This document shows positions 1-11,400 of a stretch of DNA of 64,000 nucleotides, piece after piece. Made by a program: the position numbers and the translations under genes. The stretch's first letter is position 1. Each line of letters starts with the position of its first letter. This DNA comes from Clostridia bacterium (GTDB taxonomy: Bacteria; Bacillota; Clostridia; Christensenellales; JBMNLC01). Location of the stretch: positions 256,959-320,958 of the forward strand of contig JBMNLC010000005.1 in NCBI GenBank assembly GCA_050952525.1. Direction: 5' to 3'. The notes under the pieces were generated by a model that did not search any database, had not been told where the DNA came from, and saw only the letters and a program-made list of their open reading frames with translations.

Positions 1-2
1 TG

Positions 3-371
3 AAGAATGGGAAAAAGAGGGAAGTCCTCCGCAAGATATTTCCCGGCTATGTCCTCATCAAGATGATTATGACGGACGAGTCTTGGTATGTTGTCCGTAA
101 CACCCGGGGGGTGACGGGATTTGTCGGTCCCGGTTCAAAGCCCATACCCTTGTCAGATGACGAGGTGCGCGCCATAGGTGTTGAGGATATACCTGTGACC
201 CTTGACATAGCAGTCGGGGAAAACGTACGTGTTATTTCCGGACCATTGGAGAGTTTCATTGGTGTTGTGGAGGCAATTGATCCGGACAGGCAAAAAGTCC
301 GGGTCTCTGTTTCCATGTTTGGCCGGGATACACCCGTTGAACTGGATTTTTTGCAGGTGCAAAAGATCTAG
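3..371 (+). CDS. nusG: Transcription termination/antitermination factor NusG (5'-truncated by window edge)
   Basis: Frame open from base 3; IFPGYVLIKM, VRNTRGVTGFVG and C-terminal KOW/SMFGRDTPVELDF motifs; precedes rplK. Confidence 0.97.
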   Translation, partial: KNGKKREVLRKIFPGYVLIKMIMTDESWYVVRNTRGVTGFVGPGSKPIPLSDDEVRAIGVEDIPVTLDIAVGENVRVISGPLESFIGVVEAIDPDRQKVRVSVSMFGRDTPVELDFLQVQKI

Positions 372-452
372 TTTATTCTTTTTGTTTTCGTTTTGTTCCT
401 ACCATGATTCAAGATTGTTTTCCTGCTATAGAGGATGGTAGGAACTGTTATA

Positions 453-485
453 GTGGGAGGGACGTAATGTTCCGCCATAACCACA
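453..485 (+). ncRNA. L1-binding ribosomal leader, copy upstream of rplK
   Basis: GTGGGAGG...TCCGCCATAACCAC, closing GTGG/CCAC stem, just upstream of the rplK RBS; near-identical motif before rplA. Confidence 0.65.
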
Positions 486-506
486 AACTAGTAAGGAGGT
501 GTAAGC

Positions 507-935
507 ATGGCCAAGAAAATTACAGGCTTAATTAAGCTGCAGATTCCTGCGGGGAAAGCTACTCCGGCTCCACCGGTAGGACCTGCCTTAGGCCAGCATG
601 GTGTAAATATCATGGGCTTTTGTAAGGAATTCAATGAAAGAACAGCCAAACAGGCTGGCTTGGTGATCCCTGTTGTCATTACCGTATATCAGGATCGATC
701 CTTCACTTTTGTGACCAAGACTCCGCCGGCAGCTGTTCTGATTAAGAAAGCCTGCGGTATCGAAAGCGGTTCAGGAGTACCGAACCGTGAGAAGGTAGCC
801 ACGATTTCCACAAAACAAATTCGGGAAATTGCTGAGCTGAAAATGCCTGATTTGAATGCTGCAAGCATTGAAGCTGCCATGAGCATGGTTGCCGGAACGG
901 CAAGGAGCATGGGAGTTACTGTAGTAGACGAATAA
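507..935 (+). CDS. rplK: 50S ribosomal protein L11
   Basis: [17 protein letters not shown] motif; GGAGG RBS. Confidence 0.99.
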   Translation: MAKKITGLIKLQIPAGKATPAPPVGPALGQHGVNIMGFCKEFNERTAKQAGLVIPVVITVYQDRSFTFVTKTPPAAVLIKKACGIESGSGVPNREKVATISTKQIREIAELKMPDLNAASIEAAMSMVAGTARSMGVTVVDE

Positions 936-971
936 GTGGGAGGAAGAATTTTATTCATCCGTTATAACCAC
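936..971 (+). ncRNA. L1-binding ribosomal leader, copy upstream of rplA
   Basis: GTGGGAGG...TCCGTTATAACCAC between rplK stop and rplA RBS. Confidence 0.65.
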
Positions 972-988
972 AAGGGAGGTTCAGAATA

Positions 989-1678
989 ATGAAAAGAGGA
1001 AAGAGATATCAGGAGAGCTTGAAGCTCTTTGATCGGGCTAAAGCCTATGAACCTGATGAAGCCATTGATTTGGTACTGCAAACCGCCAAGGCAAAATTTG
1101 ATGAAACCATTGAAGTTTCTGTAAAACTGGGTGTTGATCCCAGGCATGCCGATCAACAGGTTCGCGGTACAGTGGTACTGCCCCACGGAACAGGCAAAAC
1201 GGTAAGAGTGCTGGTTTTTGCAAAGGGAGAAAAGGCAAGGGAAGCTGAAGAAAGTGGTGCAGATTTTGTAGGCGATGAAGATTTGGTCAGCAAGATTCAG
1301 AATGAGAACTGGCTGGATTTTGATGTATGCGTGGCAACACCGGATATGATGGGTGTTGTGGGCCGACTGGGAAGAATTCTTGGTCCAAAAGGCTTAATGC
1401 CCAACCCGAAATCAGGTACCGTAACCATGGATGTGGCAAGAGCCGTCCAGGAGATTAAAGCCGGTAAGGTAGAGTACCGTGTTGACAGGTCCAGCATTGT
1501 CCACGTCCCAATCGGCAAAGCATCCTTTGGAAAGGAAAAGCTCATGGAGAACTTCCGGACCCTCATGGATGCGATTGTCAGAGCGAAGCCTGCAGCTGCC
1601 AAGGGTACCTACCTGAGGAGCATTGTTCTCTCCAGTACCATGGGACCCGGTATCAAGGTAAATAACATGCGATTCTAA
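989..1678 (+). CDS. rplA: 50S ribosomal protein L1
   Basis: [24 protein letters not shown] motifs. Confidence 0.99.
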   Translation: MKRGKRYQESLKLFDRAKAYEPDEAIDLVLQTAKAKFDETIEVSVKLGVDPRHADQQVRGTVVLPHGTGKTVRVLVFAKGEKAREAEESGADFVGDEDLVSKIQNENWLDFDVCVATPDMMGVVGRLGRILGPKGLMPNPKSGTVTMDVARAVQEIKAGKVEYRVDRSSIVHVPIGKASFGKEKLMENFRTLMDAIVRAKPAAAKGTYLRSIVLSSTMGPGIKVNNMRF

Positions 1679-1685
1679 AAAAACA

Positions 1686-1714
1686 TTGACAATTCAAAGC
1701 ATTTTTGATATAGT
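1686..1714 (+). promoter_or_regulatory. SigA promoter of rplJL
   Basis: TTGACA-17 bp-TATAGT with extended -10 TG. Confidence 0.8.
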
Positions 1715-1734
1715 AAAGCTCGTTAATTGAATAC

Positions 1735-1850
1735 CTCTATACCGTAGACAGCAGGTGCGCTGCTTAAATGGAAACAGCCTGCCGAGGTTTAGGAGATTTT
1801 TAGATGAAAGATTTTTCCTGCCCTTATGCTGTCTGCATAAGGGCTTTTTC
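1735..1850 (+). ncRNA. L10 ribosomal leader with attenuator hairpin
   Basis: ACCGTAGACAGCAGGTG...CCTGCCGAGG motif, then GCCCTTATGC/GCATAAGGGC hairpin + T-run upstream of rplJ. Confidence 0.85.
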
Positions 1851-1916
1851 ATAGCTTTACGGTTATAGGGGGACAACGGATGAGGACTCGTCCGTAAGGG
1901 AGGAGGTGGGAATGGA

Positions 1917-2441
1917 ATGTCAGCAAACAGAGAAGCAAAAAAGCTGGTGGTAGCCGATATCAAGGATAAGCTTTCAAGGGCGAAGGGTGCTGTTCTTGTG
2001 GATTACCGTGGATTAACGGTGCAGGAGGCAACCGAGCTTCGAAAACAGTTCAGGGAAGCCGACATAGAGTACAAGGTTTTGAAGAATACCTTGATACAGC
2101 TGGCAGCAAAGGAACTGGACTTGTCTGAAATGGATCAGTTCTTAACCGGTCCAACTGCCATTGCCTTCGGTTATAACGATCCGATGGTTCCTGCAAAGAT
2201 CCTGACGGAATTCATTAAGAAGACCAAAAAGATGGAAGTGAAGGGCGGCTTGGTTGAAGGAAAGGTCATTGACACCAGTGGTGTTGAATACCTGTCCAGC
2301 CTACCCTCCAGGGAGGAGCTCATTGCCAAAATGCTGGGCAGCATGAATGCTCCCATATCCGGTTTTGTCGGTGTATTGAGTGGAACCCTGCGATCCCTGT
2401 TATATACCCTGAATGCAATTAAGGAACAGAAGGGAGCATAA
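1917..2441 (+). CDS. rplJ: 50S ribosomal protein L10
   Basis: DYRGLTV, LRKQFR, VLKNTL motifs. Confidence 0.98.
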   Translation: MSANREAKKLVVADIKDKLSRAKGAVLVDYRGLTVQEATELRKQFREADIEYKVLKNTLIQLAAKELDLSEMDQFLTGPTAIAFGYNDPMVPAKILTEFIKKTKKMEVKGGLVEGKVIDTSGVEYLSSLPSREELIAKMLGSMNAPISGFVGVLSGTLRSLLYTLNAIKEQKGA

Positions 2442-2523
2442 AAAAGTCCATTCCAAAGGGGATGGAATCCAGTGAATGAAAATAGGAAATGACCAAGAAT
2501 AAAATAAATGGAGGTATATCGTT

Positions 2524-2901
2524 ATGACAAAGGAACAAATTATGGAAGCCATTGAGAATATGACTGTACTCGAACTGGCTGAGTTAGTAAAAGCATTGGA
2601 AGAGAAATTCGGAGTTAGCGCTGCAGCTCCTGTAGCGGTTGCTGCTGCCCCCGCTGCCGGTGGTGCCGCCGCTGCTGCTGAAGAAGAGAAAACCGAGTTT
2701 GACGTGGTCCTGCAGGATGTTGGCGCTCAAAAGATTAAGGTTATCAAGGTCGTTCGTGAAGTGACCAGTCTGGGTCTGAAGGAAGCCAAGGATCTCGTTG
2801 ACAATGCTCCCAAGCCCATTAAGGAAGGCGTCAGCAAGGAAGAGGCTGACAGCATTAAGGCAAAATTTGATGAAGTTGGCGCTACCATCGAAATCAAATA
2901 A
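2524..2901 (+). CDS. rplL: 50S ribosomal protein L7/L12
   Basis: Ala-rich hinge, [18 protein letters not shown]. Confidence 0.99.
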   Translation: MTKEQIMEAIENMTVLELAELVKALEEKFGVSAAAPVAVAAAPAAGGAAAAAEEEKTEFDVVLQDVGAQKIKVIKVVREVTSLGLKEAKDLVDNAPKPIKEGVSKEEADSIKAKFDEVGATIEIK

Positions 2902-2923
2902 CTTTTTACGAAATCCAATCTTT

Positions 2924-2969
2924 GTATAAAACAAAAAGGACTCCACAAGAGTTCCTTTTTGTTTTATAC
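2924..2969 (+). terminator. Intrinsic terminator after rplL
   Basis: Perfect 17-bp inverted repeat 2924-2940/2953-2969, with T-rich 3' arm. Confidence 0.8.
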
Positions 2970-3030
2970 CGCTATCCTTTGGGAATGGATCCCATGTCAA
3001 ATTTATCCCGAAAAAACATGTCTAAGAAAG

Positions 3031-4410
3031 GTAAGTTGTATAATTAATTGCCCACATTTATCAAAGAAGTAAAGACTCATGGCACGATCTCTGATATGTT
3101 TAAGGTGACTAAAGCAAACATAAGGAGGTCATGCACATGAGTCAACCCCATTGTACCACAACATCCCGAGGTTTTAAACACATAACTGAAAGGCAGCGCT
3201 ATCAAATTGAAATTCTTCTCCAGGAAGGGAAAAAACCAAATGAGATAGCTATAGCATTAGGCAAGCACAAACGGACTATAGAGAGGGAAATAGCCCGTGG
3301 GACGGTAAAAATGCTAACAACGGAGCTCACCTACGTTGAAAAATATTGTGCAGATGCAGCTCAACGTGACTACCTTGAGAAAGCAGCAAATAAAGGTCCA
3401 TGCCTGAAGATTGGCTATGATCATGAGCTGGCCGATCACATAGAAAGAAAGATCATTCAGGAAAAGTATTCACCCGATGCAGTCATAGGAGAAATTAAAG
3501 CCAAGAAGCTGAAATTTAAAACAAGTATCTGTATTAAGACCCTTTACAACTATATCGACAAGGAAGTCTTTGCAAACATCAGCAATAAGGATCTGCCAGT
3601 CAAAAAGCAGCCTAAAAAACGCCGGAAACGAGTAAAAATTGCGTATAAAAACCTTAAAGGAACCAGTATTGAGGAAAGACCGGCCGTAGTAGATTCACGT
3701 GAAAAGTACGGTCACTGGGAGATGGATTGCCTTCTTGGCAGCAAGAATACAGGCAAAGGCGTCTTGTTGGTACTTACAGAGCGTAAGAAACATCAACAAA
3801 TCATCCGTAAGATGAAAGATAAGACACAAAAGTCTGTCAAGCAGGCTCTGGACCGATTGGAAAGAGAATATGGAGCACAATTTTTAACGACGTTCAAAAC
3901 TATTACTGTAGATAATGGAAGTGAATTTTTAAACAGCAATGAACTAGAGGCCTCTGTGCGGAAGAAAGGTCAACAACGCACTAAGACCTATTATGCACAC
4001 CCTTATAGTGCCTGGGAACGAGGCTCCAATGAAAATGCCAACAAATTAATTAGGCGCTTCATTCCTAAAGGCACGGACATAAGCAAGTTAAAGAATTCGG
4101 ACATCCAAAGAATTGAAAACTGGATGAACAATTATCCAAGAAGGATTCTCGGCTATAAATCAGCAAACGATGTAGCAGCGTAAAACATACGAACTTTGGG
4201 GCTTTGCCCCAAACCCCATCCTCGCCGGAAGGCAGGTGGCTGCTATTAGCAGACCACCAAACAAGAGGATTTGGGGTTTGTGCAGGAATCAAGGGTCAAA
4301 ATAAACTCACTTCGTTCGCCCTTGATTCCTAGCGATAGTTTCCATTCCGACATAGCGTAACATATCAGACATATGCCATAAAATGTAAGGCAATTAAAGT
4401 TGCAATCTGC
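3031..4410 (+). mobile_element. IS30-family insertion sequence, apparently complete
   Basis: Imperfect terminal IRs GTAAGTTGTATAATTAATTGCC (3031) and revcomp GCAGATTGCAACTTTAATTGCC (4410); 2-bp AG flanking duplication (3029-30/4411-12); single transposase. Confidence 0.85.
3137..4183 (+). CDS. IS30-family DDE transposase
   Basis: N-terminal HTH (EIAIALGKHKRTIEREI), GHWEMD, TVDNGSEF, HPYSAWERGSNEN, NNYPRRILG; ATG 3137 has better RBS spacing than 3131. Confidence 0.95.
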   Translation: MSQPHCTTTSRGFKHITERQRYQIEILLQEGKKPNEIAIALGKHKRTIEREIARGTVKMLTTELTYVEKYCADAAQRDYLEKAANKGPCLKIGYDHELADHIERKIIQEKYSPDAVIGEIKAKKLKFKTSICIKTLYNYIDKEVFANISNKDLPVKKQPKKRRKRVKIAYKNLKGTSIEERPAVVDSREKYGHWEMDCLLGSKNTGKGVLLVLTERKKHQQIIRKMKDKTQKSVKQALDRLEREYGAQFLTTFKTITVDNGSEFLNSNELEASVRKKGQQRTKTYYAHPYSAWERGSNENANKLIRRFIPKGTDISKLKNSDIQRIENWMNNYPRRILGYKSANDVAA

Positions 4411-4426
4411 AGAAACAAAAAAGGTC

Positions 4427-4455
4427 TTGACAGGCCTTTTTCGTTGTGTTATTAT
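4427..4455 (+). promoter_or_regulatory. SigA promoter of rpoBC
   Basis: TTGACA-17 bp-TATTAT with extended -10 TG. Confidence 0.75.
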
Positions 4456-4763
4456 TGTATATTGCATTAGTGTGGTTATTCTGTCGTATTTTTCCTTCAG
4501 TCTAAATCCGTAATTTAGCAGGATTTTTGCTAAATTATCAACAAATTCATTCTATATTTGGCTACAACCCTATTTTACACCGAATAAAGGGTAAAAGACA
4601 AGGGTATAATATAGACTAATGCGGATTTACAAAATTAGCCAAAGGGTGGTCTGCTGCTTTTTTTTTCTTTTTTCGGTCTTTCTTTTCTCTTACAGCTTTC
4701 AGGGCATCCAGCAGGACATCGCTTAGTTATCTATTTTTTTACTATTATAAGGGGTGAGATGGT

Positions 4764-7700
4764 ATGGTACATCCAGTGATAATGGGCAACCGAACCCGGA
4801 TGAGCTTCTCGCGGGCTGAGGAAGTTCTGGATATGCCCAACCTAATCGAAGTTCAGAAGAATTCATACCGAAAGTTTTTGGAGGAAGATCTCAAGGAGGT
4901 TTTCGACGATGTTTCTCCCATAACGGACTATACGGAAAACCTGATCCTTGAGTTTGTCGACTATTCCCTGGACGGAAAGCCGAAATATTCCGTTGAAGAG
5001 TGCAAAGAAAGGGATGTAACTTATTCTGCTCCTTTAAAGGTCAGAGTTCGATTGATAAATAAAGAAACCGGTGAAGTGAAGGAACAGGAAGTTTTCATGG
5101 GGGATTTCCCCTTGATGACTGAAAACGGTACCTTTATTATCAATGGAGCCGAGCGCGTGATTGTAAGCCAGCTGGTGCGTTCGCCCGGCGTGTATTATGC
5201 GGAACAAATTGACAAAACAGGTAAAAGGTTGTATTCGGCCACATTGATTCCCAATCGGGGGGCTTGGCTGGAATATGAGACCGATTCAAGTGACGTGATA
5301 TGGGTAAGGGTGGATCGCACCCGAAAGCTTCCCATTACTGTGCTGGCGAGGGCCCTGGGCTATGGTACGGATGCCCAGATTATCCAGCGGCTGGGAGAAG
5401 ATGAAAGACTGCTCAGTACCATTGATAAGGACAGTACAAAATCGGAAGAGGAGGCCCTTTTAGAGATATACAGAAGACTTCGTCCCGGAGAGCCTCCAAC
5501 GGTGGAAAGTGCCAGATCTCTGCTTCATTCTTTGTTCTTCGATGCAAAAAGATATGATTTGGCCAGGGTAGGGCGATATAAACTGAATAAAAAGCTTGCC
5601 CTCAGCAATCGAATTATCGGACACAGAACGGCAGAAGACATCGTGGATCCTCGCACCGGAGAGATCCTGGCCGAGGCAGGACAGAAGATTGACAGGCAGA
5701 CTGCCATTCAGATTCAGGATTCGGGTGTCAACGAAGTATGGTTGGCTTTGGAGAACAAGAATGTAAAGGTGCTGGGGAACCATTTTGTGGATGCTTCCGT
5801 TCACCTAAGCTTTGATTCCGAGGAAGTGGGCATCAATGAGAGGGTACATTATCCAAGCTTGAAGGAACTGATGGAGGAGTACCAGGACGAGGAAGAATTG
5901 AAGGAGGCTTTAAGCCGTCACATCGATCAGCTGATTCCCAAGCATATCTGCGTAGATGATATTATGTCCTCAATTAATTATAATATTACCTTGGCTTATG
6001 GAATTGGTATGATCGATGATATTGATCATCTCGGAAACAGAAGGCTGCGTTCGGTAGGGGAGCTTCTGCAAAATCAAATCCGGATCGGCTTGTCAAGGAT
6101 GGAAAGGGTTGTAAAGGAAAGGATGACCATCCAGGACATTGATACGCTGACGCCCCAGGCCCTGATCAACATCAGACCTGTGACGGCAGCCATCAAAGAG
6201 TTCTTTGGCAGCTCCCAGTTGTCTCAGTTCATGGATCAAACCAATCCATTGGCTGAACTGACCCATAAGAGAAGGCTCAGTGCCCTCGGACCGGGAGGAC
6301 TCAGCCGGGAGCGGGCAGGTTTCGAAGTCCGGGACGTTCATCATTCCCATTACGGGCGGATGTGTCCTATAGAGACTCCGGAAGGTCCGAACATTGGACT
6401 GATCGGTTCATTAAGTACCTATGCCCGGATCAACGAGTATGGTTTCATCGAAGCCCCTTACCGGGTAGTCGATAAGGAAAAGGGAATTGCGACCGACGAA
6501 ATTGTATATATGACAGCGGATGAGGAAGATGAATATGTCATCGCCCAGGCCAATGAGCCTTTGGACGAAGAAGGCCATTTCATGGATGAAAGGGTTACGG
6601 TGCGAATCCAGGAGGAAATTGTAGAGGTACCTCGGGAAGAAGTGGACTTCATGGACGTTTCACCCAAGCAGGTGGTTTCTGTAGCCACTGCCATAATCCC
6701 CTTCCTGGAGAATGACGATGCCAACCGTGCCTTGATGGGCTCCAACATGCAGCGTCAGGCTGTGCCCCTCATCAGGACGGAAGCCCCCATCGTCGGAACG
6801 GGTATGGAACACAAGGCTGCCCGGGATTCCGGTGTGGTGGTTTTGGCCAGGGAAAGCGGCATTGTAGAGAAGGTTTCCTCTCAGGAGATTGTGGTACGAG
6901 AGGACAATGGACAGCGCCATTCATATAAAATGTTGAAATTTGCCCGTTCAAACCAGGGCACATGCATCAATCAGAAACCCATCGTGAAAAAGGGAGATCG
7001 AATCGAAAAAGGACAGGTCATAGCAGACGGTCCCTCCACTGATAATGGAGAGATCGCATTGGGCCGAAATGTCCTGGTGGGCTTTATGACCTGGGAAGGT
7101 TATAACTACGAGGACGCCATCCTCATCAGCGAAAGATTAGTGAAGGATGATATATTTACATCTATTCATATTGAAGAATACGAATCCGAAGCCCGGGATA
7201 CCAAGCTGGGCCCGGAGGAAATCACGCGGGATATCCCCAATGTGGGTGAAGAAGCCCTGAAGGATTTGGACGAGAGGGGTATCATCCGCATCGGAGCGGA
7301 GGTCCGTTCAGGAGACATCCTGGTAGGCAAGGTAACTCCCAAGGGAGAGACCGAGCTGACGGCTGAGGAAAGGCTGCTTCGGGCCATTTTCGGAGAAAAG
7401 GCCCGGGAGGTCAGGGATACCTCTTTGCGAGTTCCCCATGGTGAGGGCGGAATCGTTGTGGATGTAAAGGTCTTTAAACGAGAGAATGGGGATGAGTTGC
7501 CTCCGGGAGTAAACGAGCTTGTACGGGTATACATTGCTCAAAAACGGAAGATTTCCGTAGGAGACAAGATGGCGGGTCGTCACGGAAATAAGGGTGTTAT
7601 TTCCCGTATCCTGCCGGAGGAGGATATGCCCTTCCTGCCGGACGGCACTCCCCTTGAGATTGTTCTGAACCCCCTGGGTGTGCCCTCCCGTATGAATATC

Positions 7701-8471
7701 GGTCAGGTTTTGGAAGTCCATCTGGGCTGGGCAGCGAAGGCCTTGGGTTGGCATGTGGCAACACCCGTATTTGACGGTGCCAATGAGCAGGATATTGAGG
7801 ACACTTTGGTACAGGCAGGCTTGCCTCGAGACGGAAAAACCATTCTGTACGATGGAAGAACGGGAGAACCCTTTGAGAATAGGGTTGCCGTGGGATATAT
7901 GTATCTTCTGAAGCTGGCCCATCTGGTGGATGATAAGATCCATGCCCGTTCTACAGGACCTTACTCCCTGGTGACGCAGCAGCCCCTGGGCGGAAAAGCC
8001 CAGTTCGGCGGCCAGCGTTTCGGTGAGATGGAGGTTTGGGCTCTGGAGGCTTACGGTGCTGCCCACACCTTGCAGGAGATCCTGACGGTAAAATCCGACG
8101 ATGTGGTAGGACGGGTAAAAACCTATGAAGCGATCGTGAAGGGAGAGAACATCCCTGAACCTGGAGTTCCGGAATCCTTCAAGGTTCTGATCAAGGAATT
8201 GCAGAGCCTTGCCTTGGATGTAAAGGTTTTGACAGAGGAGCAGGAAGAGATTGCCATCCGTGAATCGACGGATGATGACATTGAGGATCTCAACGTCAAT
8301 ATAGAAGGTCGCGAAGAAGAAGAGACAGAGGAAGAGGATGTGAAGGAGCATGCTGAAGAAGGGGATATTTTAGATGACTTCAACCTGGAAGACCTGGAAG
8401 ACATCCCAGGCATCGATGAATTGAGTGAGAGCTTGTTGGATGATCTGGATGATGAAGAAGAACAATTTTAA
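4764..8471 (+). CDS. rpoB: DNA-directed RNA polymerase subunit beta
   Basis: 1235 aa; [48 protein letters not shown]. Confidence 0.99.
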   Translation: MVHPVIMGNRTRMSFSRAEEVLDMPNLIEVQKNSYRKFLEEDLKEVFDDVSPITDYTENLILEFVDYSLDGKPKYSVEECKERDVTYSAPLKVRVRLINKETGEVKEQEVFMGDFPLMTENGTFIINGAERVIVSQLVRSPGVYYAEQIDKTGKRLYSATLIPNRGAWLEYETDSSDVIWVRVDRTRKLPITVLARALGYGTDAQIIQRLGEDERLLSTIDKDSTKSEEEALLEIYRRLRPGEPPTVESARSLLHSLFFDAKRYDLARVGRYKLNKKLALSNRIIGHRTAEDIVDPRTGEILAEAGQKIDRQTAIQIQDSGVNEVWLALENKNVKVLGNHFVDASVHLSFDSEEVGINERVHYPSLKELMEEYQDEEELKEALSRHIDQLIPKHICVDDIMSSINYNITLAYGIGMIDDIDHLGNRRLRSVGELLQNQIRIGLSRMERVVKERMTIQDIDTLTPQALINIRPVTAAIKEFFGSSQLSQFMDQTNPLAELTHKRRLSALGPGGLSRERAGFEVRDVHHSHYGRMCPIETPEGPNIGLIGSLSTYARINEYGFIEAPYRVVDKEKGIATDEIVYMTADEEDEYVIAQANEPLDEEGHFMDERVTVRIQEEIVEVPREEVDFMDVSPKQVVSVATAIIPFLENDDANRALMGSNMQRQAVPLIRTEAPIVGTGMEHKAARDSGVVVLARESGIVEKVSSQEIVVREDNGQRHSYKMLKFARSNQGTCINQKPIVKKGDRIEKGQVIADGPSTDNGEIALGRNVLVGFMTWEGYNYEDAILISERLVKDDIFTSIHIEEYESEARDTKLGPEEITRDIPNVGEEALKDLDERGIIRIGAEVRSGDILVGKVTPKGETELTAEERLLRAIFGEKAREVRDTSLRVPHGEGGIVVDVKVFKRENGDELPPGVNELVRVYIAQKRKISVGDKMAGRHGNKGVISRILPEEDMPFLPDGTPLEIVLNPLGVPSRMNIGQVLEVHLGWAAKALGWHVATPVFDGANEQDIEDTLVQAGLPRDGKTILYDGRTGEPFENRVAVGYMYLLKLAHLVDDKIHARSTGPYSLVTQQPLGGKAQFGGQRFGEMEVWALEAYGAAHTLQEILTVKSDDVVGRVKTYEAIVKGENIPEPGVPESFKVLIKELQSLALDVKVLTEEQEEIAIRESTDDDIEDLNVNIEGREEEETEEEDVKEHAEEGDILDDFNLEDLEDIPGIDELSESLLDDLDDEEEQF

Positions 8472-8493
8472 GATATGAAGGGAGAGAAAGCCC

Positions 8494-11400
8494 TTGTTCG
8501 AACTCAATAATTTTGATTCCATACGGATAAGCTTGGCATCACCGGATAAGATCCGTGAATGGTCTAAAGGGGAGGTCAAGAAGCCTGAAACCATCAATTA
8601 CCGTACTTTGAAACCTGAAAAAGACGGACTTTTCTGTGAGAAAATTTTCGGTCCTCAGAAGGACTGGGAATGCCACTGCGGAAAATACAAGAGGGTGCGG
8701 TATAAAGGGATTATCTGTGATCGCTGTGGTGTGGAGGTAACCCGGAGCAAGGTAAGAAGGGAACGGATGGGGCATATTGAACTGGCAGCTCCGGTATCCC
8801 ACATCTGGTATTTTAAAGGAATTCCCGGTCGAATGGGATTGTTACTGGACATGTCTCCGAGATCCCTGGAAAGGGTATTATATTTCGCCTCTTATATTGT
8901 GATCGATCCCGGAGACACTGCGCTGGAAACAAAACAGCTGCTGAATGAGCAGGAATACCGGGAGTATTACGAGAAGTATGGCAACCGTTTTCGGGTAGGA
9001 ATGGGCGCAGAGGCAGTCAAAGAGCTTCTCCAGGCCATTGATCTGGATGCCATGTCCAAAGAGCTGAGGGCAGAGTTGAAGGAAGCTTCCGGTCAGAAGA
9101 GGATCCGTGCCGTAAAGCGTCTGGAAGTGGTGGAAGCCTTTCGAAAGTCAGGGAACAGGCCGGAATGGATGATCCTGGATGTGATCCCCGTCATTCCTCC
9201 TGAGCTTCGCCCCATGGTGCAGCTGGATGGAGGAAGGTTTGCAACGTCCGATTTGAACGATTTATACCGACGGGTCATTAACCGGAATAACAGGCTAAAA
9301 AGGCTTTTGGATCTTGGAGCCCCTGACATTATCGTAAGAAATGAAAAGCGAATGCTCCAGGAGGCAGTAGATGCCCTCATCGACAACGGCAGAAGGGGAA
9401 GACCCGTTACAGGTCCGGGAAATCGGGCCCTGAAATCCCTCAGCGATATGCTGAAGGGAAAGCAGGGACGGTTCCGTCAGAACCTGTTGGGAAAACGGGT
9501 GGACTATTCGGGACGTTCTGTCATCGTAGTAGGTCCCGAGCTGAAGTTTTACCAATGCGGGCTACCCAAGGAAATGGCCTTGGAACTGTTCAAACCCTTT
9601 GTCATGAAGAAACTGGTAGAAGAGAATTACTGTCATAACATAAAGAGCGCCAAGCGCATGGTAGAGCGGGTAAGGCTGGAAGTATGGGATGTATTGGAGG
9701 AAGTCATCAAGGATCATCCTGTCCTTCTCAACCGTGCACCCACCCTTCATCGTTTGGGTATTCAAGCCTTTGAACCTGTGCTGGTGGAAGGGCGGGCCCT
9801 CAAGATCCATCCCTTGGTTTGTACCGCCTACAACGCCGACTTTGACGGCGACCAGATGGCTGTCCACGTGCCCCTGTCTGTAGAGGCTCAAGCGGAAGCG
9901 AGATTCCTGATGCTGTCTGCCAACAACATCTTAAAGCCTCAGGATGGGAAACCCGTTGTCAGCCCCACCCAGGATATGATTATCGGCTGTTATTATCTGA
10001 CCATTGAACGCGATGGCGCGAAGGGCGAAGGCCGTGCTTTTTCCGGCCCGGAAGAAGCAGTTATGGCCTATGAAATGGGAGAGATCGATCTCCATGCCAA
10101 GGTAAAAATCCGCTTCAAAAAGGTCATTGACGGGAAGGAAACATATAAGATATTGGAGACGACCACCGGACGGGTCATTTTCAACGAGGCCATCCCCCAG
10201 GATTTGGGCTTTGTGGATCGGAGCGATCCGGATCATCTGTTTGATTTGGAAGTCGATATGCTGGTCGGTAAAAGAGAACTGGGCGAGATTGTGGATCGGG
10301 TGTATCGCACCCATGGTACAACCGAAACGGCCCTGGTCCTGGATAAGATCAAGAGACTGGGATTTGCCTATTCCACCAAGGGTGCCATCACCGTCGGCAT
10401 CTCGGATATGACCATTCCAAAAGAGAAGCAAGAGCTGCTTCAGAGTGCCGAAAGCGAAGTTCGCAAGGTGGAGCGCCAGTATAGAAGGGGACTCATTTCG
10501 GATGATGAACGGTACCAGCGGGTCATCTCGATCTGGAATGAAACGACGGAAAAGGTAACCGATGCCTTGATGTCGTCCCTGGATCAATTCAACCCCATTT
10601 TTATGATGGCCCATTCGGGTGCCCGGGGAAGCACCAACCAGATCCGGCAGCTGGCCGGTATGCGTGGCTTGATGGCCAATCCCTCCGGTAAGATTATCGA
10701 GCTGCCTATCCGGGCTAATTTCCGTGAAGGATTGAAGGTGCTGGAATTCTTCATCTCCACCCACGGAGCCCGTAAAGGACTGGCAGATACCGCCCTCCGG
10801 ACGGCTGACTCGGGTTACTTGACCCGACGTCTGGTAGACGTCAGCCAGGATGTCATTGTCCGGGAAGTTGACTGTTTCGAGAGACTGGGCGAACCTATAA
10901 ACGGTATTGCGGTTATGGATATTACCGATGGAAAAGACGTGGTTGAGCCTCTGGAGGATCGGATCGTGGGCAGATATGCCGCGGAAGATATCGTCCATCC
11001 TGACACAGGGGTGCTGATCACGCCAGCTAACCATCTCATTACCCATGAGGCTGCCGAGAAAATTGTCAAGGCCAATATCAGCCAGGTTCAAATCCGTTCG
11101 GTGTTAACCTGTCGCATCGAGCACGGTGTATGCTGCAAATGCTATGGTTCGAACCTTGCCACCGGCGGTGAAGTCAACATCGGTGAAGCGGTGGGCATCA
11201 TTGCAGCCCAATCCATCGGAGAACCGGGAACCCAGCTGACCATGCGAACCTTCCATACCGGAGGTGTTGCGGGCGATGATATCACCCAGGGTCTGCCAAG
11301 GGTAGAGGAGCTGTTTGAAGCCCGTAAGCCTAAAGGCCTTGCCATTATTTCTGAGATATCCGGTGTGGTGAAGATCAACGAAACCAAGAAGAAGCGGGAA

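Noticed and set aside
3031-4410. IS30 circle-junction promoter (TTGCAA in right end + TATAAT in left end)
   Set aside because: Spacing would be 15 bp with a 2-bp spacer, which is suboptimal, and this is known IS30 behaviour anyway
6190-6410. RpoB rifampicin-resistance-determining region
   Set aside because: [30 protein letters not shown] matches the susceptible consensus
8230-8471. Highly acidic low-complexity RpoB C-terminal tail
   Set aside because: Common in clostridial RpoB; not a repeat array or insertion
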